Of a stretch of 64,000 bases of DNA, positions 1 to 18,239 are shown one piece after another. How positions within the stretch are numbered: position 1 is the first letter of the stretch; every line of letters starts with the position of its first letter. The DNA comes from Anaeramoeba ignava BMAN. Taxonomy: Eukaryota; Protista; Anaeramoebae. The notes below the pieces were generated by a model that worked only from the letters and a program-made list of their open reading frames with translations, did no database searches and was not told where the DNA came from. Location of the stretch: assembly GCA_028826165.1 (NCBI GenBank), contig JAPDFW010000111.1:62001-126000 (forward strand), in the 5' to 3' direction. A program made the position numbers and the translations under genes.

Positions 1-2
1 TT

Positions 3-371
3 ATTCGATCCGGAAGAATAACTGACCGAGATATGGTCAGTTGGGCAAATAAAAAAGTGGAATCAGCAGGAAAAAAATCCAAAATTGTCAGCTTTAAAGA
101 TCGTTCACTTAAAACTGGCGTTTTTTTGATTGATTTGGTTTATTCGGTTTCTCCTAAAGCTGTCAATTATAATTTTGTTCAAAGTGGAAATTCTGATGAA
201 GAATGCATGAATAATGCTCTTTATGCTATTTCTCTTTGCAGAAAACTTGGTGCTTCTATTTTTGTTTTGCCTGAAGATATTGTTGAAATTAAACCGAAAA
301 TGCTTTTAACTGTTGTTGGAGAATTGATGAGAATTGATAAGTTAATTAAGAGCAAAATGGAACAAAAATAA
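3..371 (+). CDS. Fimbrin/plastin, C-terminal CH domain (5' partial)
   Basis: WANKKV...SFKDRSLKTGVFLIDL...NALYAISLCRKLGASIFVLPEDIVEIKPKMLLT matches the last calponin-homology domain of fimbrin. The frame is open to the window edge. Confidence 0.88.
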   Translation: MRSGRITDRDMVSWANKKVESAGKKSKIVSFKDRSLKTGVFLIDLVYSVSPKAVNYNFVQSGNSDEECMNNALYAISLCRKLGASIFVLPEDIVEIKPKMLLTVVGELMRIDKLIKSKMEQK

Positions 372-543
372 TTAATTAACTTCATTTTTTTCTTTTCTTT
401 TCTTTTCTTTTTTTCAAAATTGATTTAAAATTGATTTAAGATTGAAATCAATTTTTCTATTAAAAAAATTCGGAATAAAACTTAAAATTTAAAACTTAAA
501 ATTTAAAATTATTTTTTTTTCATTTTTTTCTTTTTAAAAATAA

Positions 544-1125
544 ATGGAAGAATTACAAAAAATTTTTCAATTAATTCAACAAAAAGCAAAAATAATATAT
601 GAAGAATTCAAAAAATCAGATTGGGATGATGATTTCAAGTTAATAGGAAAACACTATTTTGCAGGAATAGGATTTGGAATTTTAGAAGGAACAAGAAAAA
701 CATTTCTAACAAATCAAGTAAAAAAGGGGGTTTTCTTAGATCATACATTTGAATCTTGTTTACATTTCAGTCAAAAATTAGCGGGATTATCATTTATTTA
801 TTTATTAATTAAAAACACAATTGAAAAACAAAGAGGAATAAAAGATGAATATAATCATATTGTTGCTGGTGCAGGAACTGGTATTTTATATAAGACTTTC
901 ACTTCAAAATCTTCTACTTCTAAACTTTTTGGTGCTGCTTTTGGTGCTTTAACTGGTTATTTAATTGCTAGAAAAGATGAAATTAATTGGAATAATTTGC
1001 CTTCTGAATTTAAAAAAGTTTATTCAAAAACTTCTTCTTATTTAAAAGATTTCAATTCAAAATTAAATTTAAATTTAAATTTAAAAGATTTAAATCAACA
1101 AAAACAAATTCCAAAAAAGAAATAA
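544..1125 (+). CDS. Tim17/Tim22/Tim23-family membrane translocase
   Basis: Glycine-rich hydrophobic segments (AGIGFGILEG, AGAGTGILY, GAAFGALTG) and a PRAT-like IEKQRGIKDEYNHIVAG motif. Confidence 0.72.
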   Translation: MEELQKIFQLIQQKAKIIYEEFKKSDWDDDFKLIGKHYFAGIGFGILEGTRKTFLTNQVKKGVFLDHTFESCLHFSQKLAGLSFIYLLIKNTIEKQRGIKDEYNHIVAGAGTGILYKTFTSKSSTSKLFGAAFGALTGYLIARKDEINWNNLPSEFKKVYSKTSSYLKDFNSKLNLNLNLKDLNQQKQIPKKK

Positions 1126-1300
1126 TTGATGAAAAAAAAAACAAAAGGAAATTTAATTAAAAAGGAGAAAAATTTATTATTTTTATTTTTTCGCTTTTTA
1201 AAAAAAAATTTTTTTCTTTTTTTATTTTTTTTTTCATTTTTCATTTTTCATTTTTTTAATAAAAAAAAAAAAATTATTATTAAAAAACATAATAAAAAAA

Positions 1301-3434
1301 ATGTCTATTTTTGATGATAAACAAGATGAACTTCTTGAAATGATTGCAGAACAAAAACAAACAACAACTCCAAGTTTAAATTTAAGTTTAAATTTAGGAA
1401 AAAAAAAGAAAAAGAAGCAAACACAACCAAAAAAGAAGTCAACACAACCAACAACAAAGAAAACAACAACAACAACAACAACAACAAAAACAACAGAAAA
1501 AAAAGAAGAAGTTGAAAAAAAAGAAGAAGTTGAAAAAAAAGATGAAGTTGAAAAAAAAGAAGAAATTGAAAAAAAAGAAGAAGTTGAGAAAAAAGAAGAA
1601 ATTGAAAAAAAAGAAGAAGTTGAAAAAAAAGATGAAGTTGAAAAAAAAGATGAAATTGAAAAAAAAGAAGAAGTTGAAAAAAAAGATGAAGTTGAAAAAA
1701 AAGATGAAATTGAAAAAAAAGATGAAGAGAAAAAAGTTGAAGAGAAAAAAGTTGAAGAGAAAAAAGAAAATCAAAATAAACCGAAAAAAGGAAAATCAAA
1801 AAAACCACAAAGAACACAAATTAATCCTGAAGATTTTTTTCAAGATTCAACACAAGATAGATTCAAAAAATTTGAGAATATAGATAAATTATCACAAGAA
1901 GCATTTGATTCACCAAGAAAATTTGATAATAGAAATCAAGGCTATAGAAATAATTATAGAGATAAAGACGATGGAAACAATGATAGAAGAAGAAATTTTA
2001 GAAATGATAATGATAACAATAATTGGAGAGACAATAAAAACTATGAAAGACCTCAAAGAAATAATTTCGATAATAGAAATAAATTTGATAATAGAAATAG
2101 ATATAATGATAGAAATAAACCTGAGGATAATTGGAGAAATTTTGATAAATCTAATTCAAATTTCCGTTCACAAAATTTAGATTCAAAAAGAGATTATAAT
2201 AGAAATTTTTCAGACAGAAGAAGGTAAATTATAATTAAATCAAAAATTAATATTAAAATTAAAATTAAAATTAAAATTAAATATTAAAATTAAAATTAAA
2301 ATTAAAATTAAAATTAAAATTAAAATTCATTTAAAATTAAAATTAAAATTAAAATTAAAATTAAAATTAAAATTAAAATTAAAATTAAAATTAAAATTAA
2401 AATTAAAAATTAAAATAATATTAAAATTAAAATTAAAATTAAAATTAAAATTATTTAAAATTTAAAATAATATTAAAATTAAAAATTGAAAAATTTTAAA
2501 AAAAAATATCCTCTTCATTTATAAAATTAATATTAAAATTTTTAAAATCAAAATTAAAATTATTTAGTCCCTGAAGAGGAAATGAAAACAAAACTTAAAG
2601 ATTTAAAAGTAAATAATTTCTATAATCAAAAATTATTTTAATAAATTTTATTTTAAAAAAAATTTTAAATTTTAATTTATATTTTTAGCCAAAAGATTTT
2701 GAATTTCCAAGAAGTTATGAACAGAAATTATTTTTTTTTGCAGAATTTGAAACTCTTGAAGAATTAAAGAATTTAGTAGAAGGAAATCCAAAAGTTTGTA
2801 TTAAAAATTTAAAATTAAAATTAAAATTAAAATTAAAATTAAAATTAAATTTAAAATTTAAAATTAAAATTAAAATAAAAATCAAAATTAAAATTAAAAT
2901 TAAAATTAAAATTAAAATTAAAATTAAAATTAAAATTAAAATTAAAATTAAAATTAAAATTAAAATTAAAATTAAAATTAAAATTAAAAATTAAAATTTA
3001 AAATTAAAAATTAAAATTTAAAATTAAAATAGGATATTGATGAATCAATTGAAAATATTTCACCAGCAGAACCAAAAAAAGAATTTCAACCAAGACAAGA
3101 TTATAATAGACGTGATAGATTTTCACCAAAATATTCAAGAAATGATAGATATTTATCAAAATCAGATAATTTTGACAAAAGATCACCAAAAAGAGAATTT
3201 CCTAAAGAAAGACCTCGTTTAAATCTTCAAGAAAGATCAAAAGATACAACTCAAAAAGGATATCGTGATCCTAATATTTTTGGAAAAGCAAAACCTATTG
3301 ATAATAAACAAAAGGAAAAAGAAATAAAAAAAGAAAATAAAGAAAAAGCTAAAATACGTCAACTAGAAAATCAACCAAAAAAACAAATTCCTCAAAATAA
3401 ATTTGCACTTCTTTCAGATAAAATTGATAAATAA
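1301..3434 (+). CDS. eIF4B/eIF4H-like translation factor (multi-exon; middle part poorly resolved)
   Basis: Exons about 1301-2223, 2567-2608, 2689-2793 and 3033-3434. R/D/N-rich region, RRM-like FAEFETLEELK, then RPRLNLQERS, NIFGKAKPID and a terminal NKFALL typical of eIF4B/H. Confidence 0.6.
1495..1765 (+). repeat. Coding 18-bp tandem repeat (EKKEEV/EKKDEV)
   Basis: gaaaaaaaagaagaagtt-like units are directly visible. Confidence 0.85.
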
Positions 3435-3740
3435 ATCAATTTCAATTTTCAAATCAAAATCAAAATCAAATTTCAAAATCAAATTTAAAATCAAATTTAA
3501 ATCAAAATTCAAATCAAAATCAAATTACATTTTAAAATCAAATTTAAAATCAAATTTAAATCAAAATCAAATTACTTTTTTTTTAATCCTTTTTACTTTT
3601 TTCTTTTCTGAATGATTTTTTTTTTTAATCCATTTCTTTCTTTTTTTCTTTTTTTTTTCAAATAAATTTTTCACTTTTTTGATTAAAAAAATTTTTTTCA
3701 TTTTTTTCATTTTTTTAATTTTTTAATTTAAAATTTTAAA

Positions 3741-9916
<6,176 letters not shown>

Positions 9917-10204
9917 AAAGAATTAGTTCTATCAAAAATTAAATGAAATTACCAAATGAAAGTTATTGAAGAAAAATATCAAAATAAAATTAAATTTTAA
10001 TTTCAAATGAAGATTTAATTTCAAAATCAAAATTAATTTCCGAATTTTAATTTCAAAAATCAAAATCAATTTTAATTTCAATTTTAATTTTAATTTTAAT
10101 TTCAAAATAAAAAATTAATTTCAATTTCAATTTTAATTTCAAAATAAAAATTAATTTCAAAATAAAAATCATTTTTTCATTTTTTCATTTTTATTTTCAT
10201 TATT

Positions 10205-13200
10205 ATGACAGATAATAAAAAAAAATCACAAATTGGAAAACCTTGTTTAACTAAAGATGGAAAAAGAGGGAAAATTCAATTTATTGGAACTCTTCAAGGA
10301 GATACACAAAAATCTGTTGGAATAGAACTTGAAAAACCAGGTAAAAAATTAAATTAAAAAAATTAAATTAAAAAATTAAATTAAAAAAATTAAATTAAAA
10401 AATTAAATTAAAAAATTATTAATATTTTAGAGGGAAATAATGATGGTTCTTTAAATGGAAAAAGATATTTTACTTGTAAACCTTCTTATGGAATTTTTGT
10501 TCCAATAAAAGAAGTTACAATTACAAAAGTTTGTTTATAAAATTTTTTTATCAACAAAACAAAAAAATTTATTAATTTTTTATTTATTTATTTATTTTTT
10601 TATTTATTAAAGCCAAAAACAGGTGATTTTTATTTAAATTATTTAAATTATTTCATTAAAACTTAATTTAGAAATACCAAAAAAAAAATACAGAAAAATC
10701 TCCAAAAATTTCTGGAAAAGAAGATTCTCAAGATAAAACAGCAAAACCAAAAAAAATTCAATCATCAAATTTGAAAACAAAACCAACAAAAAAATTAGAA
10801 CCAAAATCTAATTTATTTACAAGTCAAAAACTTCAAGACAAAAACAAAGAAAAGAAAACAATCAAAAATCCAAAAAATTTGACACAATCTTCAAATTTAA
10901 ATGAAAAGCCTAAAAAAATTGTGAAAAAATTAGTTAAACCTGAAAAAAAATCTTCACAAACTCCAACTCCAAAAGAAGATGAAAAAAAATCTAAACCTTC
11001 TAATGTGAAAGCTATAAAAACAAATTTAAAAACAAAAAAAACGGATTCAGGTAAAGAATCTGTTAATCAAGATAAAAAAAAGATCGTTTCAAGTAAAAAA
11101 TCAACAAAAAAAAGAAAATTTAAATTTAAATTTAAATTTATTAAAAAAAAAAATTTAAAGATAAAACAAAAATTATTAAGAGAAAATCTACAGTAGAAAA
11201 AAAGAAAGATTCAAATGAAGATGATCTTTTAAAGCAAGTCGATAGTTTACTTCAAGGAAAAACAGAACCAAAAGAAGAAGAAGTAAATCAAAAAATTGAA
11301 AAAGAAAAAAAAGAAGAAGTAAATCAAAAAATTGAAGAAGTAAATCAAAAAATTGAAGAAGAAAACCAAGAATCAAAACTTCTAAATGATTCAGAAATCC
11401 AAAAGAAAATTGAAGAAGATATCCAAAAACAAACTCAAGAACGTGAAAAAATGAACGAAGAAATGAAAATACAACTTCAAGAGCTCAAAGAAATGTTTGA
11501 AACACTGCAAAATAAAAAAAAGGATTTGGAAAAAGAAAAAGAAAATTTATTATTGAATAACGAAGAAAAACTTATTACAGCAGAAGAACTTGAATTCGAA
11601 ATTGAGTCTTTAAATCAAGAATTACGAACAATCAAGGAATCAGATAAAAACCAAAAAATGATTACTAAAACAAGAAACGAAACGAAAATCAACGAAAAAG
11701 AAATTGGGAAATTACTCACACAAAACGAAAGACTCAAAGAAGCTTTGCTTGAATTGGATAACCAGATTAAACAAGAAGAAACAAATGAAGAAGAAACAAA
11801 GAAGCAATTCCAAGAAATTAAAGAAATTTATGAAGAAACAAATACAGACATCGAAACTCTGAATGAGAAAATTAATGAATTGAATCAAAACTCAGAAAAA
11901 TTGAAAAAAATTGTGGATGAAAATAATGATAGTGAAAATATAATCGAAGAACTGGCACATAAAAATTTGGAGCAAGACGATACAATCAAAGAAATGGAGG
12001 CAGAGATCCAAGATCTCGAAGAACTTCTCCAGCTCTCAAAACAGATGGAAGAGGAGCAAAAAGATATTGAGCAACGCTTAATCACCGAAAATGAAAAAAA
12101 AAGATCCGAATTGAAAAATCATCAACAAGAAACAGAAAAATTGCGCAATCAACTCAAGGATTTGAAACAAGACACAACCCAGTACAAAATGTATGTGATG
12201 GGATTGGAACATGAAAACACCCGTCTTAACAAAACAGAATCTTTTCGTGAAAAAGATATCATCGGTTTCGATGAGAAAACAAAAATTCTCCAAGCTCTTG
12301 ACCACGAACAAAAAAATCTTCTTTTCAACAACTTTTCGCTTCAAATGGACCTTGAAATTTCAGACTCCCAAATCAACGAAAGTCATATCATTTCAAATTT
12401 ATTTGCAAAATCCATCCCAGACTCTTTTCTTCACAAAGAAATGCAGCATTTCCAAGTGTTTTTATTCTCGAAAAGAATCACTTTAAAACTTCAAATTATC
12501 GACAAATTTCTTGAAGAGATTCTCCCAACAGAAACCTTTATCATAAACTCTCTTTCCAAACTAATCACAGAGCAAATCACAGACCAATCGGAAAAAGATC
12601 CCTTTCAACAGGAAACACAGAAAAAATCCTTGAATTCTTTGCCAGTTACAGAAATCACAAATTCCCTCAAACTCAAAAACATCATCGAAATCATCCGATA
12701 TTTAATTTATGAGCTCGAGTTCATTCTCAACAACACAGAAGTTTCTCATCTCAACTCTATTTATACTGATTTCTCAAAGGTCTTCAAAATTGAAAAAGTT
12801 GTCGATAATGCTCTTGATTATCTCAAAAAGGCAAATCTCAATGAAAATCTCAGAACTGGCTCTTTCGGAGAAACTCTGAAATTGTTCCAGAGAATCGCAG
12901 ACAAATATCTTCTCACAAACCCTATTCCTGATTGTGAACGCACTAGATATCTTCTTTGGAAATGTCTTTTTCATCACTTAATGATTCTCTTTGTTTTCCA
13001 GAACTCTCTTCGCATTTTGATTTCAACTTCAAATATAAGTCCCACAACTTTGGATTTTGAACTGAATTTGGATCGAGATAATACCCAGAATATCCAATTA
13101 GATCCACAAAAATACGAGTCATTCCTCATTCAGGAATTAATCAAAGCTCTTCAAATAAACTCTTCCGCAATAACCTCAATCCGGAATATAAGAACTCAAT

Positions 13201-14418
13201 TAAAAGAGAAGATTTCCTTCGCTTTAGAAACAGAACAAAACCAACAAGTACCATTTTCATTTCTCAATAATTTTTCATTTTTTAATAATTTTTCATTTTT
13301 AATTTTTAATTAATTTTTTCAAGATCAAAAAAATTTCACAACTTCTAGCAAGTTCAAACCAAAAAATGGAAAGTTTTATCTCAATATTCAGAGAAATTGA
13401 AAAATCAGAAGAAAAAGAACCCAGAATTTCAGAGCAAAATTGCCAAAATCTAATCAATATTCTTTGTTATCATTCAAACCAAAATCAACCTCCAAACATA
13501 AGTGTGAATTTAACCCCAAATTCTAAAATAATTGATATCATCACTTATTCACATTCTAAAATGGAGGCTTTCAACAACTTTTTAAACGAAACAATTTTCT
13601 ACGACCAAAGACAAAAGGAACCTCCAAAAGAACTTTCCATATGGGAAGATATTGCGTCCCAGAAAAAAGCTCTGATTGTCGAGAACTTCAATCTCAAAAA
13701 GCATCTGCAATCATGCAAAGACGATAATGAAGAGCTTTTGTTGGCAATCGGGAAAAAGAAAAAGGATATCGATTCGATCGAAAAAGAGATTGAAGAAAAC
13801 AAAAATAAGCTTGTCGAGTTGTCAAACCAATCCAAAACTGCCGAATTACAAAAACAAAAAGTTGCTCAATATCAGCAAATTCTTCTTTCTTTAGAAGAAG
13901 AAAAGGGACAACTTTTCTCCCAAATGAACTTGTATGAACAAAAAATTAACAAATTCAAACAGCAGATCCAGGAATACACAACAAACGAATCTATCAATGT
14001 TTTCACAGGTGTTCATCAGGATTCACCAAGTTTCTCTCTGAGTCAAAACGAGTTGGTTACAAAAAGAAACCAAATTTTTAATCTTTTGAAACAAAATTCC
14101 ATTTTGCATCGAAACGTCAATCATGATGACAAACAAAATGAATTCTTGTTTCTTCAGAAAGACCATTGGGCAAATTCCTTGTTAAACAAAACTGAGAAAA
14201 AATCATCTCAAAGTTCGCTTGTTTCTTCTGAAAATATTCAGAATCTCAAAAATCAAACAAGACATTTATTAACTTCAAGAAAAGTTGTTAATTTATCAAG
14301 TCAAAAGAAAATTAAAAATTATTTTGAAGAAAAATTTGCTGAAGAAACTCAAGCTAAAAAACTTTCTTTGTTAATGATTATGGTTCAAGATCTGAATTTG
14401 ATCTCAAAATTGAATTAA
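10205..14418 (+). CDS. DCTN1: Dynactin subunit 1 (p150Glued)-like
   Basis: CAP-Gly VGIELEKP/EGNNDGSLNGKRYFTCKPSYGIFVP (exons 10205-10340 and 10431-10528), a 10-nt exon 10613-10622, a K/P-rich basic region, then long coiled coils (NERLKEALLEL, IIEELAHKNLE). Intron about 13248-13323. The 11110-11200 stretch is poorly resolved. Confidence 0.8.
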
Positions 14419-14566
14419 ATTTCAATTTCAATTTAAATTTCAATTTAAAATCAAAAACAAAAAAAAAGATGAAAATGAAAATGAACATTTATTTTTTTTT
14501 TTTAAATATTTTTTTTTTTTTTTGGATTGATCCCGGCAAAAAAAAAAACAAAAAACAAAACAAAAC

Positions 14567-14648
14567 ATTAACATCAAATTAAAAGAAAAAAAAAACAATC
14601 AAAATGAATTCAATTTTTTCTTTTTTATATTTTTTAAAATGAATTCAA
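14567..14648 (+). repeat. Direct repeat copy 1 (copy 2 at 18134-18239)
   Basis: attaacatcaaattaaaagaaaaaaaaaacaatcaaaatgaattcaattttttcttttttat (~61 bp), followed by tttttaaaatgaattcaa, occurs at both loci. Confidence 0.85.
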
Positions 14649-17600
14649 TTAAATCTTTTATCATTTCTTCTCGTTTCGAAGATATTGAAAATGATCCAAA
14701 TTTGAAACAATTTTTTGAACAAAAATCAAATTCCAAAAAAAGAAAGAAAAAAAAATTGAAAAACAATTCCACTTTTCATTTTAATATAAAAAAGAAATTA
14801 AAACTTGAAAAACCAATAATTTTTAAAGAAACCTATTTTCAAATCAAAAATATTAATGAAATGAACAAAAAAAATGAAAGTTATTTAGTTGAAAATCTTA
14901 TTAAAAATTTGCAAGATCTCAATTCAAATAATTATTTCAAATCCAAAAAAAAACAAAATTTTAATCAAAATGATCTGATCAATTTATTAAAAATTAATTT
15001 TTTCTTTTTAATCCATTATTTTCAAAGAAAAGAATCCCTTTCAAAAATGAATCAAGAAAAAAAAGAAGGAAAAGAAAAAAATTTAAAGGAAAAATTTTCA
15101 TTATCTTTTGAGAAAAAAAATCAAATAATCCAAATTATTGATCAATTTCCCTTTCAAAATTGGAATTTTCAAGATCAAGAAAAAATCAAAGATCTGATTA
15201 TTATTTTGATACTTTCCATTTTCCAAAACAAAGAAAATTTTCAAATTAAATCTAGAAATTTCCAACAAGATTACAAAAATTTTCTTGTTTCTCTTCAAAA
15301 TTTATTAATAGATTCATTATCAACTTCTTCTTTTAATGAAATTACTACAGTTTTTTTGGAGAATTTTAATCAATTGAAAGAATGGATTTTGGAATTTTCT
15401 TATCGATTAATTGTTGAAAAAAAAACATTATTTTTTTTCTGGATAAATCAAATGATAGAGAACATAATTGAAAAAGGATCTGAATCAGGAAATTCTTTGA
15501 TCTCTCCTTGTTTAAATTTTTTGGAAATGATTTCTTCAAAATTTTCTTTAGATTTTTCAGTTTTCATTTTTCCTCTTTCAAAAACTTTAACTTTCCCAAA
15601 AGCAAAAGATCGAAGATGTTTCCTCAATATTTGCTTTAATATTTTAATTTCTTTGCAAAGCACACAAATTCCACCAGAATTAATTGCCATTTTAATATCA
15701 AGAGTAAGAGATAAAGATGCAAGAAATAGAGCTAGAGCTGTTTGTTTAACAGTTGATCTTCTTTCTTATCATGTTTTTGATGAATCAATTTATTCGTTAA
15801 TTTTTAATGAAGTTGTTGCAAGACTTTCTGACAAAAATCAAGTTGTTCGTTTGCAAACATTGAAGAAATTACCTTTATTATGTGAATCTAATCCATTTAC
15901 TCATACTTTTGATATGGAACAAATTAACAAAATTTATGAAAATGAGCTTTCAAAATTCAACCAAAACCAAGATGATCCTTTATTTATTCAAAAATTTCAA
16001 AAAATTCAGCAAACAAAAAAATTTATTGAACAAAATTTTTATCAAACTGTAGTTTCCAAATTGTATTCAATGCTTCAAATTCCAAAAACTTCTCCATTTT
16101 ACTCAGAAAAAATTCTTATCGAAGTCAAAACATTTTTTATCCAAATGAAAACTATCAATTTTAATTTTCAAGAACTTATTCGTTCTTTTGGAATCAATTA
16201 TACTTCTGATTCTGTTCGTGAAGTTGTCACACAAATTTTTCGGGAGGAATTTTATATTTTGAAAAACACGAAAAAAGAAATTGAACAGGAAATTTCTCAA
16301 ATACCGTTTATTGCAATGAGATGGATAAATCTTGCAAATTTATGTTTGAATTCACAAATTGAAAAGCATTCATTCATTAAATTAGTCGATTTTTTATCTA
16401 GAGAAGAAGGCTTCCAATTTTCTCAACTTTTGGATATTTTTTTCACTATTCTCACTTCAGCAACTTTTTCGACAAGAACATTAGGTTCTGCGTTTCTCAT
16501 TTCAATCATTGCAAATCATTTCCAATCCAAAATAAAAATTCATTTACCTGAAATCATATCTTTAATTTCTCAACACAATGACTTGAACAACCAAGAAGAT
16601 TTTGATCGTCAAATATCATCTCAAATAATTTCCTATTGTTTCTCGATTCTGAATTCCTTTTCTTCCTCGATTTCTTTCGAAATTACAAAATTTCTTTCAA
16701 AAAACAACCTTCTTTCTTTTATCAGAAATGGATTTGCTCAAGAATGCTTGCAAATTATTGAGAAAGTTCAAAATCCAAGAAAACTTCTATTTGAAGCATT
16801 ACTTGATTTAGAATATTCATGTTTTGGAAATTTAGATTTTAAATCAAAAGAATCTTTTTCTTCATGTTCAGAAAATGATTTGGTTCTTTTTCTTGAATTT
16901 ATTGGTCATTCTGCATTGTACATTTCGGAAATTATTCGTCAAAAATCTGTCAATCAATTCCAAGAAGAAGCAAATGAAAAAAACGAGAAAATATCACAAA
17001 ATTGGGAAAGCCAAGAAAAAAAGAAAGAAGATGAAAATACAAATGAAATTGAAAAAGAGAACAATATTCCATTTGAAGAAAATGAAAGAAAAAATGAGAT
17101 TGTGAAGATTATCATTAATGATTTTCTCGAAAACTCAAATATTAGTCGATATATCCCGCTTATGAAATATATTTGCGAGAATTGCGAGGATTTTTCTGAT
17201 AAAATTCTATATTCCACTTTGATTTCTTTAGCAAAATTGATGGTTCTTTCTCCACAAAAATTTGGAAGTGACAATTTAGAAGTTGTAATTAATGTTCTCG
17301 AAAGAAAAAAAGCAAGTCAGAAAATTTCACTTTCAATATTGATTCTTCTGACTCAATTCCAGAAATATTTACCTGAAAATTCACGAATTATGGATCTTCT
17401 TTATAAATCGGTTTATAATCAAGAAAATGATATTGAATTAAGAAAGCAATCGTTAAGAAGTATTTATCATTTAATTTCAAGTAAAATTGTGAAAATGGAT
17501 CTTCCAATTTACCGTTTAGTTTCTTGTTTAATTGAACCAGATCTTTTCGAACTTACAAAATTATTTTTCAACAATTTTTTAACTCAATCCGCAAATTATT

Positions 17601-18097
17601 ATCAACAATTTTTCTTCAATTGTTTTCTTGTCCTTGAAGGGAATTCACAAAGAAAACTAATTATGGAAAAAGTTATTGATTCATTTTCTCAAGAATTAAG
17701 AGAAGGAGAAGTTTCTTCTGCAATTCTTGAAGCAACTTTTTTCAAAATTGAATCTTCAAATTCTCCCAAAAAACGTTTACAAGAAGGATTTTTTTTATTG
17801 TCTCATTTACAACCTTCTTCAAGAAGTCTTGATGAACTTTTAAAAAAGATTCAACAATTTGATTCATTTCCCAAGATTATTGATAAAAAGATTTTCAATT
17901 TCATTTTGGATCATTTAAAAATGAAAAAAAGGAAATATCTTCTTGATGAAAAATCCAAAATTGATGAATTAATTAAATTAGTTGAAAGTTTTTACAAAGA
18001 AAATTCAAAAGAAAATTCAAAAGAAAATTCAAAAGAAAATTCAAAAGAAAATTCAAAAGAAAATTCAAAAAGAAGAAATGGAATTGACAATTTTTGA
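14639..18097 (+). CDS. HEAT-repeat condensin non-SMC subunit-like (CAP-D2/CAP-D3, Cnd1)
   Basis: Intronless 1152-aa ORF with LISRVRDKDARNRARAV, ARLSDKNQVVR and a C-terminal LISLAKLMVLS segment resembling Cnd1 HEAT repeats. Confidence 0.6.
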   Translation: MNSIKSFIISSRFEDIENDPNLKQFFEQKSNSKKRKKKKLKNNSTFHFNIKKKLKLEKPIIFKETYFQIKNINEMNKKNESYLVENLIKNLQDLNSNNYFKSKKKQNFNQNDLINLLKINFFFLIHYFQRKESLSKMNQEKKEGKEKNLKEKFSLSFEKKNQIIQIIDQFPFQNWNFQDQEKIKDLIIILILSIFQNKENFQIKSRNFQQDYKNFLVSLQNLLIDSLSTSSFNEITTVFLENFNQLKEWILEFSYRLIVEKKTLFFFWINQMIENIIEKGSESGNSLISPCLNFLEMISSKFSLDFSVFIFPLSKTLTFPKAKDRRCFLNICFNILISLQSTQIPPELIAILISRVRDKDARNRARAVCLTVDLLSYHVFDESIYSLIFNEVVARLSDKNQVVRLQTLKKLPLLCESNPFTHTFDMEQINKIYENELSKFNQNQDDPLFIQKFQKIQQTKKFIEQNFYQTVVSKLYSMLQIPKTSPFYSEKILIEVKTFFIQMKTINFNFQELIRSFGINYTSDSVREVVTQIFREEFYILKNTKKEIEQEISQIPFIAMRWINLANLCLNSQIEKHSFIKLVDFLSREEGFQFSQLLDIFFTILTSATFSTRTLGSAFLISIIANHFQSKIKIHLPEIISLISQHNDLNNQEDFDRQISSQIISYCFSILNSFSSSISFEITKFLSKNNLLSFIRNGFAQECLQIIEKVQNPRKLLFEALLDLEYSCFGNLDFKSKESFSSCSENDLVLFLEFIGHSALYISEIIRQKSVNQFQEEANEKNEKISQNWESQEKKKEDENTNEIEKENNIPFEENERKNEIVKIIINDFLENSNISRYIPLMKYICENCEDFSDKILYSTLISLAKLMVLSPQKFGSDNLEVVINVLERKKASQKISLSILILLTQFQKYLPENSRIMDLLYKSVYNQENDIELRKQSLRSIYHLISSKIVKMDLPIYRLVSCLIEPDLFELTKLFFNNFLTQSANYYQQFFFNCFLVLEGNSQRKLIMEKVIDSFSQELREGEVSSAILEATFFKIESSNSPKKRLQEGFFLLSHLQPSSRSLDELLKKIQQFDSFPKIIDKKIFNFILDHLKMKKRKYLLDEKSKIDELIKLVESFYKENSKENSKENSKENSKENSKENSKRRNGIDNF

Positions 18098-18133
18098 AAA
18101 ACAATTAAATCAATTTAAAAAAAATCATAATCA

Positions 18134-18239
18134 ATTAACATCAAATTAAAAGAAAAAAAAAACAATCAAAATGAATTCAATTTTTTCTTTTTTATTCTTC
18201 TTTTCTTTTTTAGATTGAATCTTTTTAAAATGAATTCAA
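18134..18239 (+). repeat. Direct repeat copy 2 (3' end of the ankyrin-BTB gene)
   Basis: Matches 14567-14648 apart from an internal length difference. Confidence 0.85.
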
